64,000 bases of DNA from Arcobacteraceae bacterium (GCA_963662945.1 OY759974.1:1408001-1472000); one strand, 5' to 3'; positions 1 to 12,531 are shown, numbered from the stretch's first letter. A program made the numbers and translations. Notes: a model not told the origin generated them from the sequence alone.

Positions 1-742
<742 letters not shown>

Positions 743-991
743 CAAAGATATAACTTAACTATTCGTTTAGTTGAGTTCAATGAATAAAAAGTTATATAAT
801 AAGATATAACAAATTGATGTAAAAAATAGTACAACATCGAGACGAAAGTTCTTTAATCTCATAAAGACATCTTGCTATCTAGTTTATAAAGATTATATGA
901 ATAATCTTAAAAGAACAGAACATTATTTATTAACAAAGATGTTAAAACATCCTAGTCAATAATGAGAGATCATTATTAACTAAGTATTCAT

Positions 992-1068
992 GGGCCTATA
1001 GCTCAGCTGGCTAGAGCGCTCGACTGATAATCGTGAGGTCACAGGTTCAAGTCCTGTTAGGCCCACCA
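992..1068 (+). tRNA. tRNA-Ile(GAT)
   Basis: GGGCCTA/TAGGCCC acceptor stem, anticodon loop CT-GAT-AA, T-loop TTCAAGT, encoded CCA; located in the 16S-23S spacer. Confidence 0.97.
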
Positions 1069-1069
1069 T

Positions 1070-1145
1070 GGGGAATTAGCTCAGCTGGGAGAGCGCCTGC
1101 CTTGCACGTAGGAGGTCAGCGGTTCGATCCCGCTATTCTCCACCA
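1070..1145 (+). tRNA. tRNA-Ala(TGC)
   Basis: GGGGAAT/ATTCTCC acceptor stem with G3:U70, anticodon loop CT-TGC-AC, TTCGATC T-loop, encoded CCA. Confidence 0.97.
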
Positions 1146-1238
1146 TAGGAAAGAGATACAGAAGAAGTTAAATATTAGTTCTAATTGTAGAATTAATATT
1201 TGATTTCAAAAGAGATCAAAGAGTTATTTAAAAACATA

Positions 1239-1336
1239 CTGTTAAAGTCTTTATTTTTCTAAAGAAAATAAAAATACAATTTTAAATATTATTTTATTGA
1301 AGTTACATTTAATAAGATAGTAGCTAAAGAATAATC
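1239..1336 (+). other. 5' arm of 23S rRNA processing (RNase III-type) stem; 3' arm at ~4280-4363
   Basis: TTACATTTAATAAGATAGTAGCTAAAGA is near-complementary to TCTTTAGTTTACTATCTTATTAAATGTAA downstream of 23S; GTTAAAGTCTT pairs with AAGACTTTAAC. Confidence 0.8.
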
Positions 1337-1393
1337 ATAACAAAGCAAAAAAGAACTGTATTAGCAATAATACAAATTCTTCTTTAATTTATC

Positions 1394-4275
<2,882 letters not shown>

Positions 4276-4401
4276 ATAAGATTATCTTTAGTTTACTATC
4301 TTATTAAATGTAATAAGATATATTTAGAATGTATTTTTACTTTAGAACAAAGACTTTAACTGTATTACTTTATACACAACTTTTAAATGAGACATTTTAA
4401 A

Positions 4402-4517
4402 TGTTGGTGGTTATAGAGGAGAGGAAATACCCAGCCCCATTTCGAACCTGGTAGTCAAGCTCTCCATCGCCGATAATACTGCCGGGTCCCCTGGTGGAAA
4501 CGTAGGTCGCTGCCAAC
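4402..4517 (+). rRNA. rrf: 5S rRNA
   Basis: TGTTGGTGG...CCCATTTCGAACCTGG...GTAGGTCGCTGCCAAC, ~116 nt with complementary ends; flanked by GAGACATTTTAA / TTAAGGTGTCTC stem and a U-tract. Confidence 0.96.
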
Positions 4518-4652
4518 TTTTAAGGTGTCTCTTTTTTTTACTTCTTTTTGGAAGCTTTTATGCCTCCTTTTGCTTTTTTCTATTCTTTTATTGCTAATCT
4601 TTTAAATTTATTACAATTTTGTTATTTTTACTTTTTATTTTTTACTTTAATT

Positions 4653-4661
4653 TGGTAGAAT
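4653..4661 (+). promoter_or_regulatory. Extended -10 sigma70 promoter (TGnTAGAAT), probably giving a leaderless mRNA
   Basis: TGGTAGAAT ends 6 nt before the ATG at 4668; no Shine-Dalgarno sequence upstream. Confidence 0.55.
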
Positions 4662-4667
4662 CTATTT

Positions 4668-5156
4668 ATGAAAAATCAATTAACAAACGAACAATTAGAA
4701 CAAGACCCTGAAATAGCAAGAGTATCAGCCGAAGTATTAGATCATATGATGAATCCTAGAAATTATGGAAAAATGGAAAATGCTGACGGTATTGGTATGG
4801 GAGTTGATAAAAAAACTGGTGAATTTGCTATGGTATACATAAAAATTAATGATGGGACACTTTCAGATATTACATTTGGATGTAATGCTTGTCAAGATAC
4901 AGTCGTAGCTGGATCATTATTTACAGAAATGGTTAAAGGTGACACTTTAGATAATGCAATTTCAGCTTTAAAATTAATGACAGAAAAAATTTTAATGGCA
5001 CCAAAAAGACAACAAGCATGTTCAAACATGGTATTAACTGCATTTAGAGCTGCTATAATCAATAGAGACAATAAAATAGCTGAAATGGATGAGGAGATGT
5101 TTACAATAGATATGAAAGAGTCTTGTGAAGGAATAAATTTAAATGAATCTATCTAG
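4668..5156 (+). CDS. IscU/NifU N-terminal-like Fe-S scaffold domain protein (degenerate ligands)
   Basis: VLDHMMNPRNYG, FGCNACQD, SLFTEMVKGDTLDNA and QACS segments align by eye to the IscU fold. Confidence 0.8.
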   Translation: MKNQLTNEQLEQDPEIARVSAEVLDHMMNPRNYGKMENADGIGMGVDKKTGEFAMVYIKINDGTLSDITFGCNACQDTVVAGSLFTEMVKGDTLDNAISALKLMTEKILMAPKRQQACSNMVLTAFRAAIINRDNKIAEMDEEMFTIDMKESCEGINLNESI

Positions 5157-5979
5157 TATTTATCAATCTAAACATGAGTTATGGTTAAAAATATTATTCA
5201 CTTCTTTTGCTATTAATAATGAAAAAATAAAAAATACTATTTATGAATTTGCAATGATTGAATTTAGACATTTAAAGTGGCTATCAAATTATTTAAAAGA
5301 AAATGATATTACATATAATTATGAGAAATATGCAATTGAGATTGAAAAACAAACAAATTTTGAATATTTTACATACTTAATAAATGAAATAAAATTATGT
5401 GTGAAAAATTATAATCCAGAAGAAGCTATATTTGCTAGAATAATATCTGATGAATTCTATTTTATGAGTGTATTAGAAAGATTATTAAGAGATGAAAATA
5501 ATAATGAAGATATAACTGCTTTTAATAAAAATAGAACATATGAAAATAAAGATTTAGATTGTACATCAAGAGATGCATTGACACTTTTTCTGTTTGAAGA
5601 GAGTTATAAAGAATATGAACTTATACTTTTGTACTCTTATTTTCAAAATTATACTAAAGACTTACTCCAATACAATATATATCAAGATATGATAGATGAG
5701 TCGCAATTTCATTTAAAAAGTTTTGGAAATATGATGGCAAAAATGGGGATATTAGCAATCCCACGAACTGTAATAGAGCAATTGTATGTAAATAAAGATA
5801 TAAAACAATTTTTAATAGATGGTGTTGATGAAGAGATAAAAGCAAAAGAAGAGTGTGCTAATCTTGCAGCTGCAATTAAAGATGAAGAGATAAGTAAGTT
5901 TTTAACGTGTGTAATGTATCAAGAAAACTACCATATAGAACTTATGAAAAAAGCTATTAAAAAAATAGAAAATAGTTAG
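5143..5979 (+). CDS. Ferritin-like (diiron-carboxylate fold) protein with tandem domains
   Basis: Helical protein with ExxH-type motifs EFRH, DESQFH and ENYH plus acidic helices EESYKE and DEEIKAKEE. Confidence 0.7.
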   Translation: MNLSSIYQSKHELWLKILFTSFAINNEKIKNTIYEFAMIEFRHLKWLSNYLKENDITYNYEKYAIEIEKQTNFEYFTYLINEIKLCVKNYNPEEAIFARIISDEFYFMSVLERLLRDENNNEDITAFNKNRTYENKDLDCTSRDALTLFLFEESYKEYELILLYSYFQNYTKDLLQYNIYQDMIDESQFHLKSFGNMMAKMGILAIPRTVIEQLYVNKDIKQFLIDGVDEEIKAKEECANLAAAIKDEEISKFLTCVMYQENYHIELMKKAIKKIENS

Positions 5980-5982
5980 TAG

Positions 5983-7173
5983 ATGGATTTAGAAAAATAT
6001 AATTTTACTGTTTCACAAAAAAAGATTTTAGACGATATAAAAAAAGACTTTTTTATGTGGAATGAAAAGTCTTTTGAAGATATCTTTCCAGAAGAGTATG
6101 AAGAAAAATATACTGGAAAACAACTATCTAAAAAAATATTTGAATACTATGCAAAGAGACATAAAGAACTTCAAGAAAAACCAAATGATTATACACAGTT
6201 TGATGATATTAAATATAATGTACGAAAGTTTGAATTTCAACAAATAGAGAAAAAAGGGATTGGACTTGGTGCTTGCCCAGTTGCCAGTGAAGGAACAAGA
6301 TGTTGTAATCTTTTAACGCTTGATGCTGTTGAGTCTTGTGGATTTGATTGTAGCTATTGTTCAATTCAAAGTTTTTATAACCAAAACAAGATAGGATTTG
6401 ATAAAGATTTTAAACAAAAACTTTTGAATTTAGAACTTAATCCAAATGAGATTTATCATATCGGAACTGGTCAAAGTAGTGATAGTTTAATGTGGGGAAA
6501 TAGAGCAGGAATTCTTGATGCTCTTTTTGATTTTGCTAACAATAATCCTAATGTAATACTTGAATTTAAAACAAAATCGGATAATATAAAATATTTTCTT
6601 GAAAACGATGTTCCAAAAAATATTATAGTAACATGGTCACTTAATACTCCAATAATCATACAAAATGAGGAACATCTTACTGCTTCATTGGAAGAGAGAA
6701 TCAATAGTGCTAGAGCATTATCAGACAAAGGTGTTTTAGTAGGGTTTCATTTTCATCCAATAGTTGTATATAAAGATTATTTAAATGATTATAAAAAGAT
6801 ATATGAGACTTTACTTGAAACATTTATACCTGAGGAAGTTGTTCTTATTTCAATGGGAACATTAACTTTTATAAAACCTGTCATAAAACAACTTCGAGCA
6901 AGAGAGATGAAAACAAAAATTCTTCAAATGCCTTTTGAAACAATTAATGGAAAACAATCATATAATATAGAAACTAAAAAAGAGATGTTTTCACATCTTT
7001 ATAATAGTTTTAAACCTTGGCATGGAAAAGTATATTTTTATATGTGTATGGAAGCACATAGTTTATGGAAAGATGTTTTTGGATATGAGTATTCAAGCAA
7101 TAATCAAATGGAAGAGTTTATGAAAAATTCATATATGGGAAAGATAAATAAAAATGATAGAATCATTCTTTGA
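5983..7173 (+). CDS. Spore photoproduct lyase (SplB)-like radical SAM protein
   Basis: CxxxCxxC (CGFDCSYC) at 6337-6360; family-like segments GTGQSSDS, LEFKTKS, WSLN, EHLTASLEERI, GFHFHPI, YMCME. Confidence 0.8.
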   Translation: MDLEKYNFTVSQKKILDDIKKDFFMWNEKSFEDIFPEEYEEKYTGKQLSKKIFEYYAKRHKELQEKPNDYTQFDDIKYNVRKFEFQQIEKKGIGLGACPVASEGTRCCNLLTLDAVESCGFDCSYCSIQSFYNQNKIGFDKDFKQKLLNLELNPNEIYHIGTGQSSDSLMWGNRAGILDALFDFANNNPNVILEFKTKSDNIKYFLENDVPKNIIVTWSLNTPIIIQNEEHLTASLEERINSARALSDKGVLVGFHFHPIVVYKDYLNDYKKIYETLLETFIPEEVVLISMGTLTFIKPVIKQLRAREMKTKILQMPFETINGKQSYNIETKKEMFSHLYNSFKPWHGKVYFYMCMEAHSLWKDVFGYEYSSNNQMEEFMKNSYMGKINKNDRIIL

Positions 7174-7759
7174 AGGTTTTCTTTTAGGTTTAGGTGCAGC
7201 TGTACCTTTAGGACCTATTAATATCCTTATTATGAATCAAGCACTTAAAAATTATAAATTTGGAGTTGCTACTGGATTTGGGGCTATGAGTGCAGATATG
7301 ATATATTTAATAATGATATTTATAGGACTAATTAGTTTTATGAATAACCCTATATTTTTAAATATTTTAGGAATTTTAGGAAGTTTATTTTTATTATATC
7401 TTGGGATAAAAATTTATCAGAATAGAAATAAACAATTAGAATCGCATCAAAGTAAAATTACAACACATAATATTTTTAAAATATATATACAAGGATTTAT
7501 ATTAACTTTATTAAATCCATATACAATTGCCTTTTGGCTTAGTATTGCTGGATATGTAGTTAATAAAGAACTTGATATTTTTTTTACCATAGCTGGAATG
7601 CTTAGTGCTATAACTTTATGGATTACTATGATGCCATACTTTATAAATAAAACAAAACATAAAATATCACAAAGGGTTTCAGTCTTTATTAATATTTTTT
7701 CTTTTGTTATTTTATGTGGATTTGCAATCTCATTATTTGTTCATGTTTTGTTTTACTAA
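7154..7759 (+). CDS. LysE family amino-acid/metabolite exporter
   Basis: GLGAAVPLGPINILI N-terminal motif, GFILTLLNPYTIAFW, about six hydrophobic helices. Confidence 0.9.
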   Translation: MIESFFEGFLLGLGAAVPLGPINILIMNQALKNYKFGVATGFGAMSADMIYLIMIFIGLISFMNNPIFLNILGILGSLFLLYLGIKIYQNRNKQLESHQSKITTHNIFKIYIQGFILTLLNPYTIAFWLSIAGYVVNKELDIFFTIAGMLSAITLWITMMPYFINKTKHKISQRVSVFINIFSFVILCGFAISLFVHVLFY

Positions 7760-8040
7760 ATAGTTTTGAGTAAAACTTCTGTAGAAACAAGAGGGAAAGG
7801 ACTCTTAAGTTGTCTCATAAGTGCCGCTCTTATATCTGAATCAGTTTTTTGAGCATACTTATTTGCATCAGCTTTAATAGTTTGTTCTACTGATTTATTA
7901 AGTTGTTCTTGTTGTTTAATATCTGACGCAACTTCTTTTGTATTTGATTTAATATCTTGAAGTCTACTTTGTTGGTTATTTCGAAACTCTGTAGCATCAT
8001 AAATTTGCATAGAAGAGACAGATGTATTATTTGTAACCAT
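7756..8040 (-). CDS. Hypothetical protein (94 aa)
   Basis: ORF with GAGGA RBS and upstream TGATATACT extended -10; no recognisable family. Confidence 0.7.
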   Translation of the reverse strand: MVTNNTSVSSMQIYDATEFRNNQQSRLQDIKSNTKEVASDIKQQEQLNKSVEQTIKADANKYAQKTDSDIRAALMRQLKSPFPLVSTEVLLKTI

Positions 8041-8185
8041 TTATTCCTCACAAAAGTTATTTTATACAGTAAGTATATCATAAAATAATCTAAAATTATT
8101 TTATGAAAGAGTATTACTTTATTGAAAAAACTATTAATAATTGAACTTTTGATACAATAAGAGGTTAATTTAAAGGATAATAGAA

Positions 8186-9400
8186 ATGAATAAAAAACCA
8201 TATTTAGAAACAATGCCTGATGAAAATGGCTATTTTGGTAGATTTGGAGGTGCATATATTCCTCCTCAATTAGAGAAACCATTTGCAGAGATTACCAAAG
8301 CGTATAATAAATTATCAAAATCACATAACTATATTAGTGAACTAAGAAGTATTAGAAAACATTATCAAGGAAGACCAACTCCAGTATATTATTGTAAAAA
8401 CCTTAGTGAATTTATAGGTGGAGGACAAATATATTTAAAAAGGGAAGATCTAAATCATACAGGTGCACATAAATTGAATCACTGTATGGCAGAGGGATTA
8501 CTTGCTAAATATCTTGGAAAGAAAAAGCTTATTGCTGAAACAGGTGCTGGACAACATGGAGTTGCTTTAGCTACAGCTGCTGCATATTTTGGATTAGAGT
8601 GTGAAATTCATATGGGTGAAGTAGATATAAAAAAAGAGCATCCAAATGTAGTACGAATGCAAATACTTGGTGCCAAAGTTGTTCCAGCAACTCATGGACT
8701 TAAAACTCTGAAAGAAGCTGTAGATAGTGCTTTTGAAGCGTATTTAAAAGATACAGATACACAAATGTTTGCAATAGGTTCAGTTGTAGGACCACATCCA
8801 TTTCCTAGAATGGTAAGAGATTTTCAATCTATTGTAGGTTTTGAAGCACGTGAACAATTTGTTGAAATGACTGGAAATTTACCAGACGTTGTTGCTGCTT
8901 GTGTAGGTGGTGGAAGTAATGCTATGGGTATTTTTAGTGGATTTATTGATGATGAAGTAAAATTATATGGTGTTGAACCGATGGGAAAAGGTGATAAAAT
9001 AGGTGAACATAGTGCAAGTTTAACTTATGGAAAAGAGGGAATTATGCATGGTTTTAATTCTATAATGTTGACTGATGAAAAAGGGGAACCAGCTCCAGTA
9101 CACTCTATAGGAAGTGGTATAGATTATCCTTCAATTGGACCTGAACATGCTTATTTAAACAGTATAGGAAGAACAAACATTGGTCTTTGTAACGATGATG
9201 AAGCGGTTGATGCATTCTATAAACTATCTCAATATGAAGGAATTATTCCTGCTTTAGAATCTGCACATGCAGTAGCTTTTGCAATGAAATATGCTACTGA
9301 ACATCCAAATGAATCAATTTTAGTCAACTTAAGTGGTAGAGGGGATAAAGATATTGATTTTATAGTTGAAAATTATCCAATACCAAAAAAAAGTAATTAA
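8186..9400 (+). CDS. trpB: Tryptophan synthase beta subunit (stand-alone copy)
   Basis: [16 protein letters not shown] lysine motif, [34 protein letters not shown]. Confidence 0.96.
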   Translation: MNKKPYLETMPDENGYFGRFGGAYIPPQLEKPFAEITKAYNKLSKSHNYISELRSIRKHYQGRPTPVYYCKNLSEFIGGGQIYLKREDLNHTGAHKLNHCMAEGLLAKYLGKKKLIAETGAGQHGVALATAAAYFGLECEIHMGEVDIKKEHPNVVRMQILGAKVVPATHGLKTLKEAVDSAFEAYLKDTDTQMFAIGSVVGPHPFPRMVRDFQSIVGFEAREQFVEMTGNLPDVVAACVGGGSNAMGIFSGFIDDEVKLYGVEPMGKGDKIGEHSASLTYGKEGIMHGFNSIMLTDEKGEPAPVHSIGSGIDYPSIGPEHAYLNSIGRTNIGLCNDDEAVDAFYKLSQYEGIIPALESAHAVAFAMKYATEHPNESILVNLSGRGDKDIDFIVENYPIPKKSN

Positions 9401-9405
9401 TACTT

Positions 9406-10014
9406 ATGTTACATGATATAGTGAATTTTATCGTAGATACAGTTAGTAGTTTAGGTTATATTGGAATCTTTATAATGATGTTTTTAGAAAGCTCATTTTT
9501 CCCTTTTCCAAGTGAAGTGGTAATGGTACCTGCTGGTTACCTTGCTTCAAAAGGTGAGATGAATATTTATATAGCTATTGGAGCTGGAATTGTAGGAAGT
9601 CTAGCTGGTGCTGTGTTTAATTATTTTTTAGCAGTGAAGTATGGGAGAGCTTTTTTATCTCGATATGGGAAGTATGTTTTAATCAAAGAAGAAACACTAC
9701 AAAAGATGGAAGATTTTTTTGCAAAACATGGACATATTTCTACTTTTAGCGGAAGACTTATTCCTGCTGTGAGACAATACATCTCATTGCCTGCTGGACT
9801 TGCTCGGATGAATCTATGGAAGTTTTCATTATATACAAGTTTAGGTGCAGGTATTTGGGTATTGATTCTTACTTTACTAGGATATTTTATAGGGCAAAAT
9901 GAAGTATTGGTTAAAGAATATTTGCAGATAATCATTATTACAATTTTAGCTTTCTTGAGTATATTGATATTTTTTTATGTAAGAATTAAAATGAAAAAAG
10001 AGATTATCAAATGA
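9406..10014 (+). CDS. DedA family membrane protein
   Basis: [30 protein letters not shown] motifs. Confidence 0.93.
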   Translation: MLHDIVNFIVDTVSSLGYIGIFIMMFLESSFFPFPSEVVMVPAGYLASKGEMNIYIAIGAGIVGSLAGAVFNYFLAVKYGRAFLSRYGKYVLIKEETLQKMEDFFAKHGHISTFSGRLIPAVRQYISLPAGLARMNLWKFSLYTSLGAGIWVLILTLLGYFIGQNEVLVKEYLQIIIITILAFLSILIFFYVRIKMKKEIIK

Positions 10015-10646
10015 AAAATGCAATTGTAACAGGATATAGTTCTGGTATAGGAAGAGCAATTTGTGAAGATTTAGAAAAAAATGGTTTTTATATTATTAAA
10101 CTTACTTCACGATTGGAAGATTTAACTTCCTTAGAACAAGAGGTAAAAGAGCTTTTAAAAAAGAAAGAGATAGATTTACTTGTTAATTGTGCTGGTGTAG
10201 GAGTATTTCAACCACATGAGGAGATAAGCATCGCTAAAATAAAAGAACTTATTGATATCAATCTTACTGCACCTATAGTTTTATCAAACTTATTATTGCG
10301 AAGTTTAAAAAAAACTCAAGGAAAAATCATAAATATAGCTTCAATAGAAGCAACAAAACATTCAAAGTTTTCAGCACTTTATACTGCAACTAAATCAGGG
10401 CTTCGAGATTTTGGACTCTCTTTATTTGAAGAGTTACGAAAAAGTGGGGTAGGAGTTACAACTATAAATCCAGATTTAACCACAACAAACTTTTTTGATG
10501 ATTTACAATTTGAACCTTCTCAACAAAAAGATACTTTTTTAATGCCAGAAACTATTGCAAAAACAGTTATAGATATTTTAAATACACAAGGTGTGATTAC
10601 TGATATAACAATTCGACCTCAAAAGTTTGCTATAAATAAAAAGTAA
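10011..10646 (+). CDS. Short-chain dehydrogenase/reductase (SDR)
   Basis: TGYSSGIG cofactor motif, LVNCAG, catalytic S and YxxxK (YTATK). Confidence 0.9.
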   Translation: MKNAIVTGYSSGIGRAICEDLEKNGFYIIKLTSRLEDLTSLEQEVKELLKKKEIDLLVNCAGVGVFQPHEEISIAKIKELIDINLTAPIVLSNLLLRSLKKTQGKIINIASIEATKHSKFSALYTATKSGLRDFGLSLFEELRKSGVGVTTINPDLTTTNFFDDLQFEPSQQKDTFLMPETIAKTVIDILNTQGVITDITIRPQKFAINKK

Positions 10647-11114
10647 TTATTTTATAAGATTATATTCTTTAAAGAGTTGATATACACAGTTTTCTATCAT
10701 AGAATAAACTGTTGTAAATCCTTCAAAACCACTAAAAAAATATGGGTCAGGTACATCTTCTCCATTTGAGCCAAAATCTCCCAATAACAAAGGGTTTTGG
10801 CAACCAATTTTTTTAAGATTTGCAATATTTTTATGATCTAATCCTACGATTAAATCAAAGTTGTTAAAATCTTTCTTTGTTACTTGTCTTGCTTTATAGT
10901 GTGAGATAGTTAAAGAGTTTTGTAAAGCTACTTTTTGGGAGTTCTCACAAGGGGCTTCACCAATATGCCAGCTACCTGTTCCTGCACTATCAACTTTTAT
11001 ATTGAGATTGTGTTTGCTGGCAATATCACGAGCTATTGCTTCAGCTAATGGTGAACGACAAATATTTCCAAGGCAAACAAAAAGAATACTGGAAATCTGA
11101 TTATTTGATCCCAA
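10647..11114 (-). CDS. Low-molecular-weight protein-tyrosine phosphatase
   Basis: CLGNICRS P-loop, DSAGTG, DVPDPY. Confidence 0.95.
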   Translation of the reverse strand: MGSNNQISSILFVCLGNICRSPLAEAIARDIASKHNLNIKVDSAGTGSWHIGEAPCENSQKVALQNSLTISHYKARQVTKKDFNNFDLIVGLDHKNIANLKKIGCQNPLLLGDFGSNGEDVPDPYFFSGFEGFTTVYSMIENCVYQLFKEYNLIK

Positions 11115-11817
11115 TATTTAGATACCTTCTCATTTTTTTAATCTCTTTAAAATTTGCATCACATAAAAGAAGTTTTTCATCATCATTTTTGGTTACATCA
11201 CCAAATGGTGAAATAATAGCACTACTTTTTGCCATATCTGCATTTGCACTATTCACGGCAATAACAAAACATTGATTTGCAACAGCTAATGCTCTTGTAA
11301 GTATCTCAAAGTTCTGTTTTCTTCTTAATCCCCACATGGCAGGAACAAGTATCACATCTGCACCTTGTATTTTTTTCCAAAGTTCAATATATCGTAACTC
11401 AAAGCAGATAAGTGTAGCCACTTTTATTCCATCTATATCAATAATCTTAATATCTTTTTCATCTCCAGCAGAAAAATAAACTCGTTCATCATTAAGGACA
11501 AATAGTTTTGCTTTTGATTGTGTGTGGAGAATTTTTCCTTTATGAAAAATATGCAAAGTATTGAAATATTGTTTTTTCTTTTTTGTAGTTAAAGTGAGTG
11601 CAATAGTTTTTTTATTTGAAAGCTCTTTTAAAATTTCAATAGCTTCAAGTGAAAAAGCAACAGCATCATCCATTCTATCATAAGCATAACCAGTTAGATA
11701 TAATTCTGGTGCTAAGATGATAGAGTTATCTGGAGCGATGTTGATTTGATTGATAAGTCTTTTTAGGTTTTTTTCAAAATTATTTGAAGTTTTTAATTGT
11801 AGGGCTATTAAATTCAT
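11101..11817 (-). CDS. Carbon-nitrogen hydrolase (nitrilase/amidase family)
   Basis: Glu-Lys-Cys triad segments APEL, KAKLF, ICFELRY; RALAVANQCFV. Confidence 0.9.
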   Translation of the reverse strand: MNLIALQLKTSNNFEKNLKRLINQINIAPDNSIILAPELYLTGYAYDRMDDAVAFSLEAIEILKELSNKKTIALTLTTKKKKQYFNTLHIFHKGKILHTQSKAKLFVLNDERVYFSAGDEKDIKIIDIDGIKVATLICFELRYIELWKKIQGADVILVPAMWGLRRKQNFEILTRALAVANQCFVIAVNSANADMAKSSAIISPFGDVTKNDDEKLLLCDANFKEIKKMRRYLNIGIK

Positions 11818-11820
11818 TGT

Positions 11821-12531
11821 CTAAAATCCAAGTCTTTTTTTGATTAATTCTTCTTCTGTTGAAGAGGAAGAATTACTTTGCGAGTTTGCAAAATCTTCTT
11901 TGATTTTATTTATATTTCTTAGTTTGTCTTCTAGTTTATCTAATTGGATTTTTTTATTTACTCTTGATTGAGAGAGAGCATCTTTTTTTGTAGATTTATC
12001 TGTTGAAGAGGAAAATGCATAATCACTATCTGTATTAACAAAGTTTTTAAATTCCTCTTTTTCAAGTTTTCGTTCCAACTTGGAGATACTAATTGTTTTG
12101 TCTTTTTCAGTATTATGGATTTGTTTATTAAGTTCTTTGTTTATTTTTTCTAGTTCTACGATAATTGAGTTTTTATTTTCTAATTGTTGTTTAAAATCTT
12201 CAATTCTTTTTTCAATATTATCCATAAACTGTTCATGTTGCTGTTTTATGGAATCAAACTCTTTTGTTTTTATAATGAGTTGTTCATCTTTCATCTTTAT
12301 CTCTTCAGATAAAAACATATTTTTGTTGTTGAGATTTGCTATAGCATCTTCAAGTCGTTCTTGTTCATTAAAGGCAGTTTTACACTCGTGTTTTAAAGTG
12401 GTTATAGTATTTTTAAGATTTATCACTTCTTCTTCAAATTCTTTTATTGTTTTATCTTTCTCCTCTATGTTGTCACTTAAACTTGAAAGAACATTTTCAA
12501 TAAGAAGAATTTGACTATTTTTACTTGCCAT
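11821..12531 (-). CDS. Hypothetical coiled-coil protein
   Basis: 236-aa K/E-rich heptad-like ORF co-oriented and tightly packed between nrdB and the hydrolase gene. Confidence 0.75.
   Translation of the reverse strand: MASKNSQILLIENVLSSLSDNIEEKDKTIKEFEEEVINLKNTITTLKHECKTAFNEQERLEDAIANLNNKNMFLSEEIKMKDEQLIIKTKEFDSIKQQHEQFMDNIEKRIEDFKQQLENKNSIIVELEKINKELNKQIHNTEKDKTISISKLERKLEKEEFKNFVNTDSDYAFSSSTDKSTKKDALSQSRVNKKIQLDKLEDKLRNINKIKEDFANSQSNSSSSTEEELIKKRLGF

Noticed and set aside
7887-8282. 131-aa minus-strand ORF
   Set aside because: Overlaps trpB antisense and the 94-aa gene in another frame; composition typical of AT-rich non-coding translation
12080-12514. 144-aa plus-strand ORF rich in Ser/Phe/Leu
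   Set aside because: Antisense shadow of the K/E-rich coiled-coil gene; the other short antisense ORFs in the track were rejected for the same reason
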